Origin: Nymphaea colorata
Taxonomy: Eukaryota
DNA: 64,000 bases
NCBI RefSeq assembly: GCF_008831285.2
Contig: NC_045138.2
Span: forward strand, 17,360,001 to 17,424,000
Reading direction: 5' to 3'
Below the pieces are notes generated by a model. That model saw only the letters and a program-made list of their open reading frames with translations. It made no database searches and was not told the origin of the DNA. The first letter of the stretch is position 1, and every line of letters starts with the position of its first letter. The position numbers and the translations under genes are program-made. Below, one piece after another: positions 27,694-40,800 of the stretch.

Positions 27694-28959
27694 GATGATA
27701 TTACCCATGTGTTTTGAATTTGATGATATTACCCATGTGTTTTGAATCCTTGTTAAAACCAAAATGCAACTACTAAACTAGGTGAGTTTTTATGTTTGAT
27801 GTATTTGCTTTGCTAATGATGGTGAATGATGTCATTGTAGTTCTCCCATTTTATTGCCCCCATTAGTTCTTGTTTCACAAATGAAATAATAAGAGAAACT
27901 TACACATGGTCATTGATGTAATATCTTTATGCTAACACAAAATCATGAACAATAAAAATCTGTCGAGTTGTTTTGCTAAATAGAAAAGTTAAAGGTAAAG
28001 AAGTAAGGTTGGACCCTGTGGGACCTGTTAAAGACTTTCCAACCTAAAGCCCTGGTGCTCTTTGGCTTTGTCTTCTTTTGCTGGAGTCTTGCATGTCAAA
28101 TAGAGCTTGCTTTTTTCTCCTGTGTCACATGCTTGGGAATATTGAATAAGAAGACAAGTGCTGGTGAAGGCTGACGGATGGAAGACAGCAAGATTTTGCC
28201 AAATAAGTAACCTGGGATCATGTTATTGGTTTGCTAACACTTTCTATTAGTTTCTGTAAGTCTGCTTGCCTTTTAAGATTGCACCATGGATTTCATCATG
28301 CAGTCTCGCAGGTTGTAAGCACAAGAATAATGTGCATTCTGTGGAGAAGAGGTTGAACCTTTGCAACCACTTGTCTGGAGTCTGGACAAATCATTGTACA
28401 AAACACATTCTTGACTCTAGCAGCTAACAAGTAAGGTGCTCACAGAAGAGTGGCTCCATTAGAACAAGAATAACCACCTAAGGCCAACAGAAAAATGGAG
28501 ATACCGAGGAAATGCTAACATGTTTGCCGATAAACACTTTGATGGTATCATGATTTTATCTTCTTTTCCATGTTTTATTATGTAAAATGCCATTTTTGCT
28601 CGTTATTATTGACTTTATTATGTGTTTGATTGTCTTAAAGATAACCTCTTTAGTTAATGTGTATTTGTGTTTTTAGGTGGATGTCAGAGTCTCAGGAATC
28701 TTTCGCAATAAAGTCTTCAAGGCTCACATGATATCACAGACCTTCTGAGCTTCCATCTGGAGTAAGTAGCGGTTTGCCTACTACATATTCCCCTCTTTTC
28801 TTTTTCCTTTGGGAAAGCTTCTTTACGTAAAAGGAGGATCGACTGAACTGGGTATATATTATTTTTCCTTGATAAACTAATTCAACCAACAAATTCCTTC
28901 AAGTAATTATTTCCTTATATGATTTTTATAATAAAAAGCCCTTAAAAGTATAGGGCGTG

Positions 28960-28961
<2 letters not shown>

Positions 28962-29050
<89 letters not shown>
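28962..29050. repeat. (TA)n microsatellite
   Basis: About 40 TA dinucleotides. Confidence 0.95.
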
Positions 29051-29053
<3 letters not shown>

Positions 29054-29725
29054 AAATATCACTATTTTTTTACCTAAATGATCGTCAATAAAGAGAAAAC
29101 GTATTTAACTGGAATATTACACTGCATTTCAAAAAATGGCAAAATAAATTTATTGCAATGTCTCACAACTTTTATGTCTGTTTTAATGCCATTCTTTTCT
29201 CTTTAACTTATATTTCCTCTTTCAAAAACAAACCTGCACATGGTGAATAGATTCATAAAAATTGATAAAATAAATAATCAAATCAGGTGTATAAATTGGA
29301 TTTTACAGGTTTCAAAAATTAATATTCTCACCTTTCTCGACTAATAAAATCCATTCTAGACCTTGGATTTTAATAGGATGATAATGGTTTTGTTGTAACG
29401 AGAGACTGTTCGATGGTTTCTTCCTGGTAGGTTGATCTTGTTTCTGTTGTGTCATGAAAATGTTTGATACTTTCTTCCTAATGGGATGAAGTTGGTAGTG
29501 CTGCAGGGTACTAGGGTGTGGCTTGTGTCCGAGGTTCTAGCATGACAATTAATTAAAAGTTGGATAAGGTTATCTGCAAATACACACAAAAAATTAAGTA
29601 CTAAATTCTGGGATACTTTAAAAAATATTATTGAACAACTAAAATAGAACAACATGTAGCTGCGTTAGGTCCTTTTTAATCTTGAGTGTGAAGCCTGTTT
29701 GAACAATCCGGAAGTTCCCCAAGTA

Positions 29726-32700
29726 TGAACATGGGTGCGGTAGGTGTCTGCCGGTATTGTGGAAGTGCCTTTTGTTTCATAGATTAAGATGATTTTGTGG
29801 TTCAGTACTAAGTTTATCTTTTGAACCAGCTAGGACTTGTTGAGTTTACTGAATTTGCGATCTTCAGTTTATGACGAAAACTTGGGTTTCAGGCCGGATG
29901 GAAGAAGGGTTGGACGGTGGATCTGAGGTTCCCAATTATTGGTTTTGAAAGGCTCCCTAAAATATTTTCAAGACTGGTAAAAGGTTACACCACTTAGATT
30001 TTTCTGATGTTTGTTTTGTTAATTAAAGTAGCCAACTGGTACATCATAAAATTGCTTATGGATAGAACATAAAATGCGGTATGTTTCTTTAAAATTTACG
30101 AATCGTCGAAAAAAAAATTAATTCTTTTAGAAAACTGCTGGCATATAAATTGGTATGTTTGATATTTTCCCAATATATATTTACTTTTGAAATAAAAAAA
30201 TAAAACTAATTAATAATAGTATTAACAGACATTTAAAGTAAACAAACATTAAGCTTGTAAATTCATGTTGTAAGCCTATATTTCCAAAATTCATTGCATG
30301 TAATTGTTTACAAAAGTAAGTTGCTTAACTTAGAGCATGAATAAATATATATTAATTATGATTTTTCTCAAAATTCTATTAATCAGGTTTTTTAATTATA
30401 AAGTGTAATTGTTTCTTTTCGTTTTAATTTCTTTGCGGATCGACCTTGATTTTGACCAAAAAAATTTATGGAAATAATGGTCTGAATGCCATGGCCGGCC
30501 GGTTGGATGTAGTCCGGACCGGACGCCGTGTTTTTTTTCCACCCACAGTTGGGCGAGGGCAAATCAAGCACCACTTTATATAAATTTTTAATTAGTCACA
30601 GAAATAACAAATAAAGTATTTTTGTGCAAATGAATGGATAAGAAATTTAAAATGCGTAGACAGTTTGAAGTTGATTTAAGATTTCCTAAGCAATTGACAT
30701 TTCTTGAGATAGATGGGCGTGCTGCAGAAACAGGTTAGGCAAAGCAGTCAATTTCACTCTGAGCTTTTACCTGTTTAATGAGAATATTATCTGCGTTAAA
30801 TATACCAAACAATGTAAAACTATTATTCAGCAAGAGCAAGATAAAGAAAGATACAAAAGCCAGACCATGGTATGTGTGTGAATACGTTTGCATATAATAT
30901 ATTGGGAAACGGGTGGAGGAACAGAAAATTGTAGTTGAGGAACATTAGTTATAAAATTTTAAAATTTTAGGAGCACCAATATGTAAATGAGGAAATTTCA
31001 CTGAAATATTCATATGAACTAAGAACTTTTGTGGGTCTGTGTGGTCAGTTGGCCACACAGTGCCCGCACTGCCTCCGCCCCTGTTAATGAATGAAGGGGA
31101 AGAATTGCAAATGAAAATACTTGCATTTGTAATACCTCCGGCCCTTCCCCTCTCCCCTCTCCCCCATCTTCGTCAGTGTTACAAAACCAGTTTTTGTGAA
31201 AAATGAGTTTTGGTCTCAAATTCATTTTCCGTGCTATCCAAAGACACTCAAAACCAGGCAACATTACTAAGTATACATAATCATATATGGAAAGTTCGGC
31301 ATGTTTTTTCTTTTCTTTTTTACACCAGAAAACTGTATTCAAATAATGCCATAATACGTCATCAGTTTTTAGAAACATGACTTTGCACTGCGCTTCATAT
31401 GGTACATATACAGTAGAGTTTCATTAATATGGAATTGAACTGGATTAAACTCAAAAGATAGAATTTCCTTATAATTGATAATACTCAAAAAAGTAGTTGT
31501 ATTAATACGAAAACTGCCCTCAACAATAGACTACTTATTTTGTTTTCTCTAAAGTTTTAGCACAAGACAATGACTTGCTAAAGTCTTAATAGAGGCCGGT
31601 TTTTATTTTTGAGTGTCAGCAACATTGCATGCTCGATCAATGTGACCGCTAAGGAGTACATCTGCTGCTTTTTCGGACATTAAAAATGTTGAAGATTTGT
31701 GTAGTTGCCTCAATAACATGTCTAGTATAAAAAAAAGAATTAGAGCGTTTTCTCTAGAGTTTGAGTCTATTTCAAAAAGGACTTAAATCCATAATTTTTG
31801 TACCCACATTTATACTTAAGAGAATTAGAGTTTTTTTTGCGTAATTATCGATAAAAAATCTTCAACATTTTGTTTCTAAATCACCAACCAACAAATTGAC
31901 AATGTTGAAAATAAATATTTGCTATAAAGAAAGACCTGAACGGTGCGAATATGATTTTGAAGATTTGGCTTTTCCCACATTTTAGAAAATCCCAAAAATC
32001 CAAGTTGTTTTCAATGCATTTGATCAAACTCAAACCATTAGTATCAAAAAGAGAATTAAAATTGATCAAAATCCTCATTGTGACCAATATTGGTAAATTA
32101 AAAGCTTATACTTTACCTTATTTAAATTTGCTTCGATGTAATATTTAAGTACATATTATCACTATAGTTAAATATGTGAATACAAATAAATTTCTTTGAA
32201 CACTGTTTGTGTCTATTTTTGTATATAAAATCCACATGGTTCGCTCTTCATAGTTCAAAATCGCTGGTCCAATTTGTTTTCGATGCATTCGAAACATTTG
32301 AACTGATCAAACCATTTGGATTCTTAAGTACACTTAAAGCAAAACAAAAACTGAAATAGATTTCATTCCTCTCCACCATCAATGTAGGTGAAAGCAAAAA
32401 CACATGGTTTATCTTATTTTAGTCGATCTCGATGTAATATTTAATTTTATGTTGGCATTACTAAGTGTAGTCAGACATGTGAATAAAAAAGCAATCTAAT
32501 TAAGTTTATTTTGGTTTTCTCTCACATTAATCTCAACTTTAATTTAGTAACGAGTCGACAAAAAGAATCTTGGTCGGTTTCTAACAATATAAAAAAGTTG
32601 CTTTCCGTTTTCCATTATAGTTGATTCTTCTATTTAGATAGGCCAACCTTAGCACATAAAAATCGCATGCATTTTGAAATAACATAAGTGAGTTGTATAT

Positions 32701-34333
32701 AGAAGAACATAACTGCCCTCAAACTGAAACCTCCATTTATAACCTTGTTCACATTGACTCCATAAGAAGGTTGAAAGAAGAAAAGGAAAACTCATACGGA
32801 GTTCTCATCTCTGTGACTGTGTGGTCGAAGCATGTGAGCAAAAAGCCTGCTGGACGTTATATAAAGGGAGTGGCAGACTAAGAGAATCCCGAGCGACATA
32901 GAAAGAACAGAGGGAGTATGGCGCCTAAAGATAAGAGAGTAGCATTACTGGAAGCATTAAATGGTCGCCTTCGGAACCGGGCAGTCAAATTGGGGATAGA
33001 AGAGAAAACTGTAACTAGTTTTCATGCTAACCATTTTGTACATTACATTTTTTTATCATTGAATACGTAGTAATGTTTTTCATTTTTTCCAGCCAACCAT
33101 TATGGGGATAACAGAAGATGGAGACCAAATCGTAAGGGTATTGAGCAACGATGAGCTGGAGACATGCATTATTATCGGGCGTCATAGTCCGTATGTGTTA
33201 TTGGTTTTTGTTTTCATATGATCATTGGCTTTTAATTATCTATCTGTTGGTTCTTTTCACCTTTGATCTTTTTTTTCTTAGGTTTTCGTCTTTTTGCCTG
33301 CGGATTCCTGCAAACCTACAAGTTCTTAAACGAAGGGCTGAAGCAGCTGGTTTTAAAGTGGAGGTGGAGCCTTTGAAGAAACTTTAATGACGCTTTCTTC
33401 TTTTTCTTAAGTTCAGTTCAGGGTTCTGTAATAATGAAGACCAGACGATCTTTGCACTCTTTATGCATGCATGTGTGATTTTACAATCAGATCTGCTTTC
33501 TGTTTACTTTATACGATTTCCCAGGTACTGTGCTTTGGAAGTTCAAGTGTGAGTCTGTGACTTAATATAATATCGTTGTCAAATGACGCCACAACTTTTT
33601 TTCTTTTGCCGGTTCTTCACCTTTTAGATTAGTTCCGTTTTTATCTTTTCTTAGATCAGAGTCATAATGAATCCACATCTGTAAATTTGAAAAAACAACA
33701 TTCCATGAGCTTGTGTTTACATGAAAACAGGTAAATTAAGACTCCGAATACGAGCAAGAGTAGGATGTTGCTTTGGATGACAGATCCAGATAAATAGATC
33801 TAGATCTTTTCATATGATCCAGACAAAGCTCTCGTTTTCTACATGGTGCAAAATCCTCGGGTCTTTAAATCTTCCCAACGACCTGCAAAGTTTACAACTT
33901 CAAAGTTTGGCAGCATGAAAATCGTGTTTTCACTTGCCTAAACGGCCCACTCACCAAGTTAAGAAAACGAAAACAATATTGCTAGTCCATTGGGAACCAA
34001 ATTAATTGGATCAGTCAATATAGTATGACTGGTGAGAGTCAATAAACAATCGGTCAGATTATTCTGAATTATTTATAGTATTTTATATGTTAATCTTCTA
34101 CGATATCAACACTCGAATTCTACATAAGCCTGTTATGTATTTTGAAACTTAGTAGTTTGTTTAACTCAAAACTGGCTCCAAATGTGTGCTTCATTGAATG
34201 GTGGGGACATTCAATATTAAATTCACATTACATTGATGAACAATACAATTTATTTTAGTATAATTATTTATGAAACATTTGGGCTACAATTTCATCTTGT
34301 CGCTACACTGCCAACTAACAAATTAACAACCAT

Positions 34334-34369
<36 letters not shown>

Positions 34370-35254
34370 GCCTGAGCAGCTGGGGTGTATAGTAATGAAA
34401 ATTCAGTCTTTCTGCATTGCAGGTAATTCTGCTAATCCAATCTGTTTTAAAAGTGTTTGAAACATTCAAACTCAAAAAATTGTATCTGTAGTTGAAGCAA
34501 AGCGAGACGCAAAATAAATTTAAAATTCCACCCCATCATCAATATCTGTGTACTTTATTTACCTTCTTTTGGTTTATCCCAATGCAATATTGAACTTTTC
34601 TGTTATCATTACTGAGTATACAAAATTATACAAAATAATGAAATTAAGTTTGCGAAAGGGGGATGGTTTCTGTCACAGTATTCCCAGCTTAAATTAGTAA
34701 CTAATTGACAATACCATGTTTCTAATGAATGAAGCAATCCATAAGATCGTTTGGCAAACAGAACATTTTGTGGGTGTTTTGTGAACCTAACACAAAATTT
34801 AGGACAAATTCATGGACACTTAGCTTTAATGTTGCATGAATCTACACTAATCTTTGATGAAGATTGGTAGAACAGTCACGTGGTGTTCCAACTTCCAAAT
34901 AGCCTCTTAGGGTTCCATCTTAAGTGGATTCAAAGGGTTTTAACTTGTGTCTATAAATTCTTAGGCTTATGGACTATCAAAAGTCAGGGTAAAGGGTCTC
35001 GTGTTTGAAAGGGACTCATTTGGGGGGATGGCAATGGGTTCAAGATAGAGTTGTCTGCAAGCTTGGCAATGGGATTTCCTTGAATGAAAACCCAAACTCT
35101 CCATGGATTTGGATTTGAAGCGCTAAAGTCAAAATTGGTTAATCCACATTGCCTTCTCTAACTCGTTTGTGAAGATTGAGTAATCCAGACACTAATGTTT
35201 TAAAGGATTTAGCCTTTTTTATTTCCATGTCTTATAAAGCAACAGAGTTTGTAT

Positions 35255-35295
<41 letters not shown>

Positions 35296-35540
35296 CTACG
35301 GTTGATAAAATGAGGCATTTGTTTGAGGTTATCCCGGACAAACAAACCGGAGGAAGAAAAAAAAGATTTGACTTGATTTTTCTTTTTTGGTTTTGATTCG
35401 AACACGTAGAAAAAGCATTTTCCTTTCTTGAGGCAATGAGTATGGAGGATGGAGCAGGGGTGGTGGGCATGATCGGATTAAATTGAGTTTTGGCCGTGAA
35501 GAAAAACAGCACACGATTTTGGGGTTCACTTTTAGTACAT
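29726..35540 (+). repeat. Segmental duplication copy 1 (partner 58181-64000, offset ~28,455 bp)
   Basis: Identical ORF-track entries at a constant offset (30392/58847, 31019/59474, 31881/60336, 32693/61148, 33151/61606). Confidence 0.97.
32918..33387 (+). CDS. Unrecognised small protein (98 aa), 3 exons, paralog 2
   Basis: TATA (TTATATAAAGGG, ~32857). Exons 32918-33010, 33093-33190, 33282-33387 with GT-AG borders, phases 0/2. Product: MAPKDKRVALLEALNGRLRNRAVKLGIEEKT-PTIMGITEDGDQIVRVLSNDELETCIIIGRHSP-FSSFCLRIPANLQVLKRRAEAAGFKVEVEPLKKL*. Confidence 0.75.
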
Positions 35541-36190
35541 GCCTGTTACTTGTTACTAACCATGAATATGCACCTTCTCCCTTCCCCTTTAAGAGCATTT
35601 CAAATTCAGCTTCTCTTTCCTTGCATTCTTTTCTTCTCTCTTCACATTCACATTCTTCGATGCCAGCTGTTGACTAGTTTATTTTGTCGCTCTTTGATTG
35701 TTGGCTTTTTGCAGTTTATTTTGTATTCCTTTTATTTTTTAGCTCCTTTGTCATAATTTTTGTGATTGAATTTTTCATTTTATCGGTTGTATGTGCACAT
35801 ATAAATAAAAAGTACAGCATGTAAGCCAAAGACAAAGTGAGGAGTCAAATGCTGTTTGTTGAGATCGGAGACCGATTGAAATTCACTTATCATTCAAGTG
35901 TGCAGCCGATTCCCCCAATGCAACTGATAGATATGTGCTCACCTTTTACATTATTTAATACAGGTCCCCATCTATTTCAAGAAACTCATACGTAACTTCT
36001 ATCTATAAGAAATATTAGCATTTTAATCATTTGCTGACCTTGCTGGAATGCACAGATACTGTCGGGCTTGTCGGAATAACGACGGTGGCCGTATGTAAAA
36101 TTTTTGGAAACTAACTGAAACTTTACATAGGAGCGGAGAAAAAAGGTTGAAAAATGGGGAGGAGGCGGGGCAAAATCTTGATCATGGGGA

Positions 36191-36197
36191 TATAAAA
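36191..36197 (+). promoter_or_regulatory. Putative TATA box for the MATE-derived hairpin transcript
   Basis: TATAAAA followed by a pyrimidine-rich initiator-like tract (TTCTCCCTCCACACCTTCTTCC), ~65 nt before the first paired base of the foldback. Confidence 0.5.
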
Positions 36198-36332
36198 ACC
36201 CCCTTGCTCACGGTTCTCCCTCCACACCTTCTTCCTTCAAAACCAAGCTAAGATTTAGGTAGCAGAGGAAGGTGCAGGCCACCATCTCCTCCTCCAGCTT
36301 CCTCCTCTTACCTTTTCTTCCCAGACGAAAAT

Positions 36333-36984
36333 AGCTCCCCATCAAAGCCATGTCCTCCCTCTCCCACCACGATGACTCCCATAATCCTCAGCACCCCTCG
36401 CTAGCAATTGGATTTGCCAACATAACCGGCTACTCCATCATGTCTAGCCTGGCGATGGGGAAGAAGCCCTTCTGCAGCCAGGCCTATGACACACAGCAAT
36501 GGAAGCTTCTCGAATGCTCCCTGGGTGGGGTGGGCTGCTTAGGCTGGCCGTGCCGACTTGCGTGTCAGTCTCCTTAGAGTGGTGGTGGTACGAAATCATG
36601 GTGGTGCTTTGCAGGCTGCTGGCGGACCCAAAGGAGACGACAGTTTCTGTGGTGCGGCCAAGACGAAAACAGTCTCGCCACCGTCGCCTCCTTTGGGTCC
36701 GCCAGCAGCCTGCAGACCACCATGATTTCGTACCTCCACCACTCTAGGCACACTGACACACAAGTCGGCACGGCCAGCGGAGCAGACCACTCCACGGAGC
36801 AGTTCATAAGCTTTCATTGCTGCGAGCCGTAGGCCTGGCCGCAGAAGGGCTCCATCCCCATCACCAGAACAGATAACATGGAGTAACCGGTTATGTTTGC
36901 AAATCGGATTGCTAGCGAGGGGAGCTGATGATTATGGGAGTCATCGTGGTTTGGAGAGGGAGGACCTGGTTTTGATGGGGAGCT
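36333..36984 (+). ncRNA. Hairpin A: inverted repeat of MATE (DTX48-clade) gene fragments; candidate hpRNA/siRNA precursor
   Basis: The left arm ~36333-36642 encodes remnants [16 protein letters not shown]...QAY...QWKLL and [28 protein letters not shown]. The right arm ~36681-36984 is its imperfect reverse complement, with a ~40-nt loop. Transcribed strand is inferred. Confidence 0.75.
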
Positions 36985-36993
36985 CACGACTTT

Positions 36994-37708
36994 CGTCCTC
37001 CCTCTCCGACCACGATGACTCCCATAATCATCAGCTCCCCTCGCTAGCAATCGGATTTGCAAACATAATCGGTTACTCCGTCATATCTGGCCTGGTGATG
37101 GGGATGGAGCCCTTTGGGAGCCAGGGCTACGGCACGCAGCAATGGAAGCTTCTGTGCTGCTCCGTGGGTGGGGTGGGCTGCTCCGGCTGGCCGTGCCGAC
37201 TTGAGTCTGCTTGGAGTGGTGGTGGTATGTAATCATGGTGGTGCTCTGCGAGCTGCTGGCGGACCCAAAGGAGGTGATGTTTTCTGTGGTTTTTCTCTGG
37301 TGCGGCCAGAACGAAAACAGTCTAGCCACCATCGCCTCCATTGGGTTCACCAGCAGCCCGCAGAGCACCACCATGATTTGTACCACCAACACTCCAAGCA
37401 CACTGACACGTAAGTCAGCACGGCCATCGGAGCAGACCACCCCATGGAGCATTCTAGATGCTTCCATTGCTGCCTGCCGTAGGAGGCTCCATCCCCATCA
37501 CGAGGCCAGATATGACGGAGTAACCCGTTATGTTTGCAAATCCGATTGCTAGCGAGGGGAGCTGACAATTATGGGAGTCATGGTCGGAGAGGGAGGACGT
37601 GGCTGCTTTGATGGGGAGCTGACGTTTTTGGTTTGGGAAGAAAAGGTAAGAGGAGGAAGCTGGAGAATGAGATGGTGGCTTGCACTCTTTCTTTTCTTCT
37701 TCTGCTAC
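36994..37708 (+). ncRNA. Hairpin B: second MATE-derived inverted repeat directly abutting hairpin A
   Basis: Left arm ~36994-37280, right arm ~37326-37599. The tail to 37708 is complementary to 36259-36350, closing an outer stem around A and B. Confidence 0.75.
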
Positions 37709-38481
37709 GTAAAACTAGTCAACAGCTTGTATCAAAAAATGTGAATGTGAAGAGAGAAGAAAAGAATGCAAGGAAAGAGGAGCTGAATTTGAAATGCTCT
37801 TAAAGGGGAAGGGAGAAGGAGCATATTCATAGTGGCTCCTCCTCCTCCTTACCTTACCTTACCTTACTAAGAAAGTCAGAACCGCTTAATCCTTTTCCCC
37901 TAATCAATTCACACCCTCATCCCAATCCCCATTATCATATCCATAAGGAGCCCACTTTGCAAAACCTGCACCGACAAGTAACAAGTAACAGGCATTTACT
38001 AAAAGCAAACCCAAAAATCGTGTGCTGTTTTTCTTCACGGCAAAAACTCAAATTAATCAGCTGCCGTTCATGCCTACCACCCCTGCTCCATCCTCCATAC
38101 TCATCGCCTCAAGAAAGAAAAAAAGCTTTTTCTACTTGTTTGAATGAAAACCAAAAAAAAATCAAATCCAATCTTTCTTTTCTTCCTCCAGTTTGTTCGT
38201 CACCACATAACGTCAAGGAATCACATGCTACATGTTTTTGCCCAAGATGATGATGATAAAGGATATCTCAATAAGCATCAATCTGCAGGGGCAGTCTGAT
38301 AGGCTCGACAAGTCCAAGTAAAAGATCTTTTTTGTGTACACAGAAAAACATTTTGAGGGCAAAAAGTTAGAAGCCTTCAGCTCTCTAGTCTTTTCTTTTT
38401 TGAATTTTACCCGTTTTTAACAAGCCAAACTGGTGACGTTTTTCCAAGAAAAAAAAGTCCCGCCTTCAATCTCTCTCTCTT

Positions 38482-38514
<33 letters not shown>

Positions 38515-40421
38515 TTTAGTGCCGGAGAAGCACCAACACAAGATATCGAATACAATCCCCTTAAAAGAAAAACCCTCACCAGAAAGCAAGCAACCCAATA
38601 TATTTCATCTGTTTTATTTCTTTAAGCACTACTCCTCTGGACTGGAAACAGTGACCCCGAAGTGATCATATTTTGAAAATTTTGGTTTTTGTTGATTGGT
38701 TAAGATTTTTCTCAGTGACCTTTTCTTTTCATTTTCTTCCTTCCTCAGGAGCATCAATCCACAATGAAATACAGGAAGGGTTGGAAGTAGGAACCTTTCA
38801 AAATTGATGTTGCTTCTGGACTAATTTTATGAACATGGTCAATAATCAAACTGGATGGAATTTAGCAGATTATTCTTCTTGTGGTTCTAAATCGTTTGTG
38901 GTGGTGTAACTTCCAGAAACCATTTGTAGGAAACTCTTGAAAAGATTCCCATTTCTTGTCCATGTCCTAAGAGGCTTATAACCTCTTCTCTCTCTCTCTC
39001 TTTCTAGGGGATATGCTGGGTTCTTGCATTTGGGGCATTAAAAATAAAAAATAGAAGACATGAAAGCAGAAGCACTTTATGAAAAAGATAATAAAAAATA
39101 ACGATAAACTAAAAACTGAGAAGCAAATCAAAAACATATTTGAGAAACAATTTCCAACCCACTGAAAAAGCTCATTACAACATCTGTCACTAAAAATTTC
39201 CCAAAAGAGAATGTCATTAAGTCGAATGAAGGCCCAAACCTTCACTTCTCCGACCTCAATCCTCTTAGAGTTCAGGACGACATACTTTTGTTGTATCGGT
39301 TAACACCACCATTCTACCTCAACTTTCACATCGATACCTCATTATTTTTTGCAGTACAAAAAGTTGATGCTACAAAAGTTTGAATCCGGTATGACTGCTT
39401 ACTGGCCCCCTCCCTCGAGAATAATATATAAGAATTAAATGGATTCACTAAGTGAGAGATGAACCAATTACTTGAAATAATCTTTAGGCTGATAAGGAAG
39501 GAGAGGATTCTCCAATCTTCCTCATCATTTTCTTCCCTATATACATTTTATTTTTTTCAGTTGTTTAATTATTATGGTCAACATTCCATGAAAAGTGCCG
39601 CCGACTTGCCTTCACATTAGTGAGGGCAAAATTTTACAATCTTCCTTACCATTTTTCTCTATATATAATTAAATTCTTTTTCTTTATTTAATTTTTATTA
39701 TAAATACTTGATGAAATACTTTTTTTAAGCAATGTCTTCAAATTTTGAATCTGAAAGCTAAATGATTCTATGAACCGGTGAATCGAATCCGAATAGTTCG
39801 TGAATAAGAATTAAGTAAAGATTTATTTAGATATAAAAATTAAACAATTGAAAAATCAGTCATATATGTATATTAAATAAGTTGAAGGCAACAAGTCATT
39901 TTAAGTTTCATCCAATCACGGCCACCCAATGCATTATTGGGCAAACACAACGAAAAAAACTGTCCATAGCATCGGAGATTCGGAATGCATTGGTGTTGTG
40001 TTGTGAAAGGCCGAAGAATTTCTTTATCAACAGTGCTCTACAATTGATCAGGTGGAGGTTACAGTTTGATACTTATGTGAATGGTTCCACTGGAAAACTG
40101 TATGGGAATGGTTAAGTTCACTTTAATTTCAAAATTCACCAAAAGTACAAGATAGTTGACCAAATATTAGTGTTATAATATAATTAGAGCAGCAGCGGAG
40201 GCAATTGTGTGTGATGTAGGCAGTGCCCACACAAGCCTTTGAGAAGGCACTACAGTAAAACCATGTGGACTCTTAAAATGCTTTTGGTTTGTAAAGTACT
40301 AAAAATAGCATATTACATCCTCCAGAACAATGTAAGCATTTTACTATTTATGACTTAAACAAAAAATATTTTATTTAAAAAATTTTTTGGTTTGAGATGA
40401 AAAGGTCTAGCAAGGAGGGGT

Positions 40422-40800
40422 AGCTTCATCCTCTTACCTATTCGCACCCCAGAAAATCGTCAGCTCTCCATCAAAGTCACGTCCCCCCTCTCCGACCACG
40501 ATGACTCCCATAATCATCATTTCCCCTCGCTAGCAATCGGATTTGCAAACATAATCGGTTACTCCGTCATATCTGGCCTGGTGATGGGGATGGAGCCCTT
40601 CGGAAGCCAGGGCTACGGCACGCAGCAATGGAAGCATCTGTACTGCTCCGCGGGTGGGGTGGGCTGCTCCGGCTGGCCATGCCGACTTGAGTCTGCTTGG
40701 AGTGGTGGTGGTATGAAATCATGGTGGTGCTCTGCGAGCTGCTGGTGGTCCCAAAGGAGGCGATGGTGTCTGTGGTTTTCCTCTAATGCGGCCAGAACGA
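40422..40800 (+). pseudogene. Half hairpin C: sense MATE fragment (left arm plus part of loop), right arm lost
   Basis: Same arm sequence as B/D/E, broken at GCGGCCAGAACGA (40800) by a rearrangement junction. Confidence 0.8.

Larger units (their letters stand above)
16800..28761 (+). pseudogene. Possible degenerate multi-exon gene or spliced lncRNA spanning the 880-bp array
   Basis: Strong donor CAT|GTAAGT at ~17320. Exon-like blocks with AG/GT borders at 18117-18286 (open frame VRLIFFIIEFQEDPTNIRDCLDAFLKRSLVLTLIVGEELLPQSEVNNIVGMLEELK) and ~28678-28761, plus an acceptor at ~18474. No continuous ORF could be assembled and no family was recognised. Confidence 0.3.
35335..38200. repeat. ~2.9-kb imperfect palindrome enclosing MATE hairpins A and B
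   Basis: 35563-35680 is the reverse complement of ~37710-37830, and ~35335-35560 is the reverse complement of ~37975-38200. The segment 35680-36260 is present on the left side only. Confidence 0.88.
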
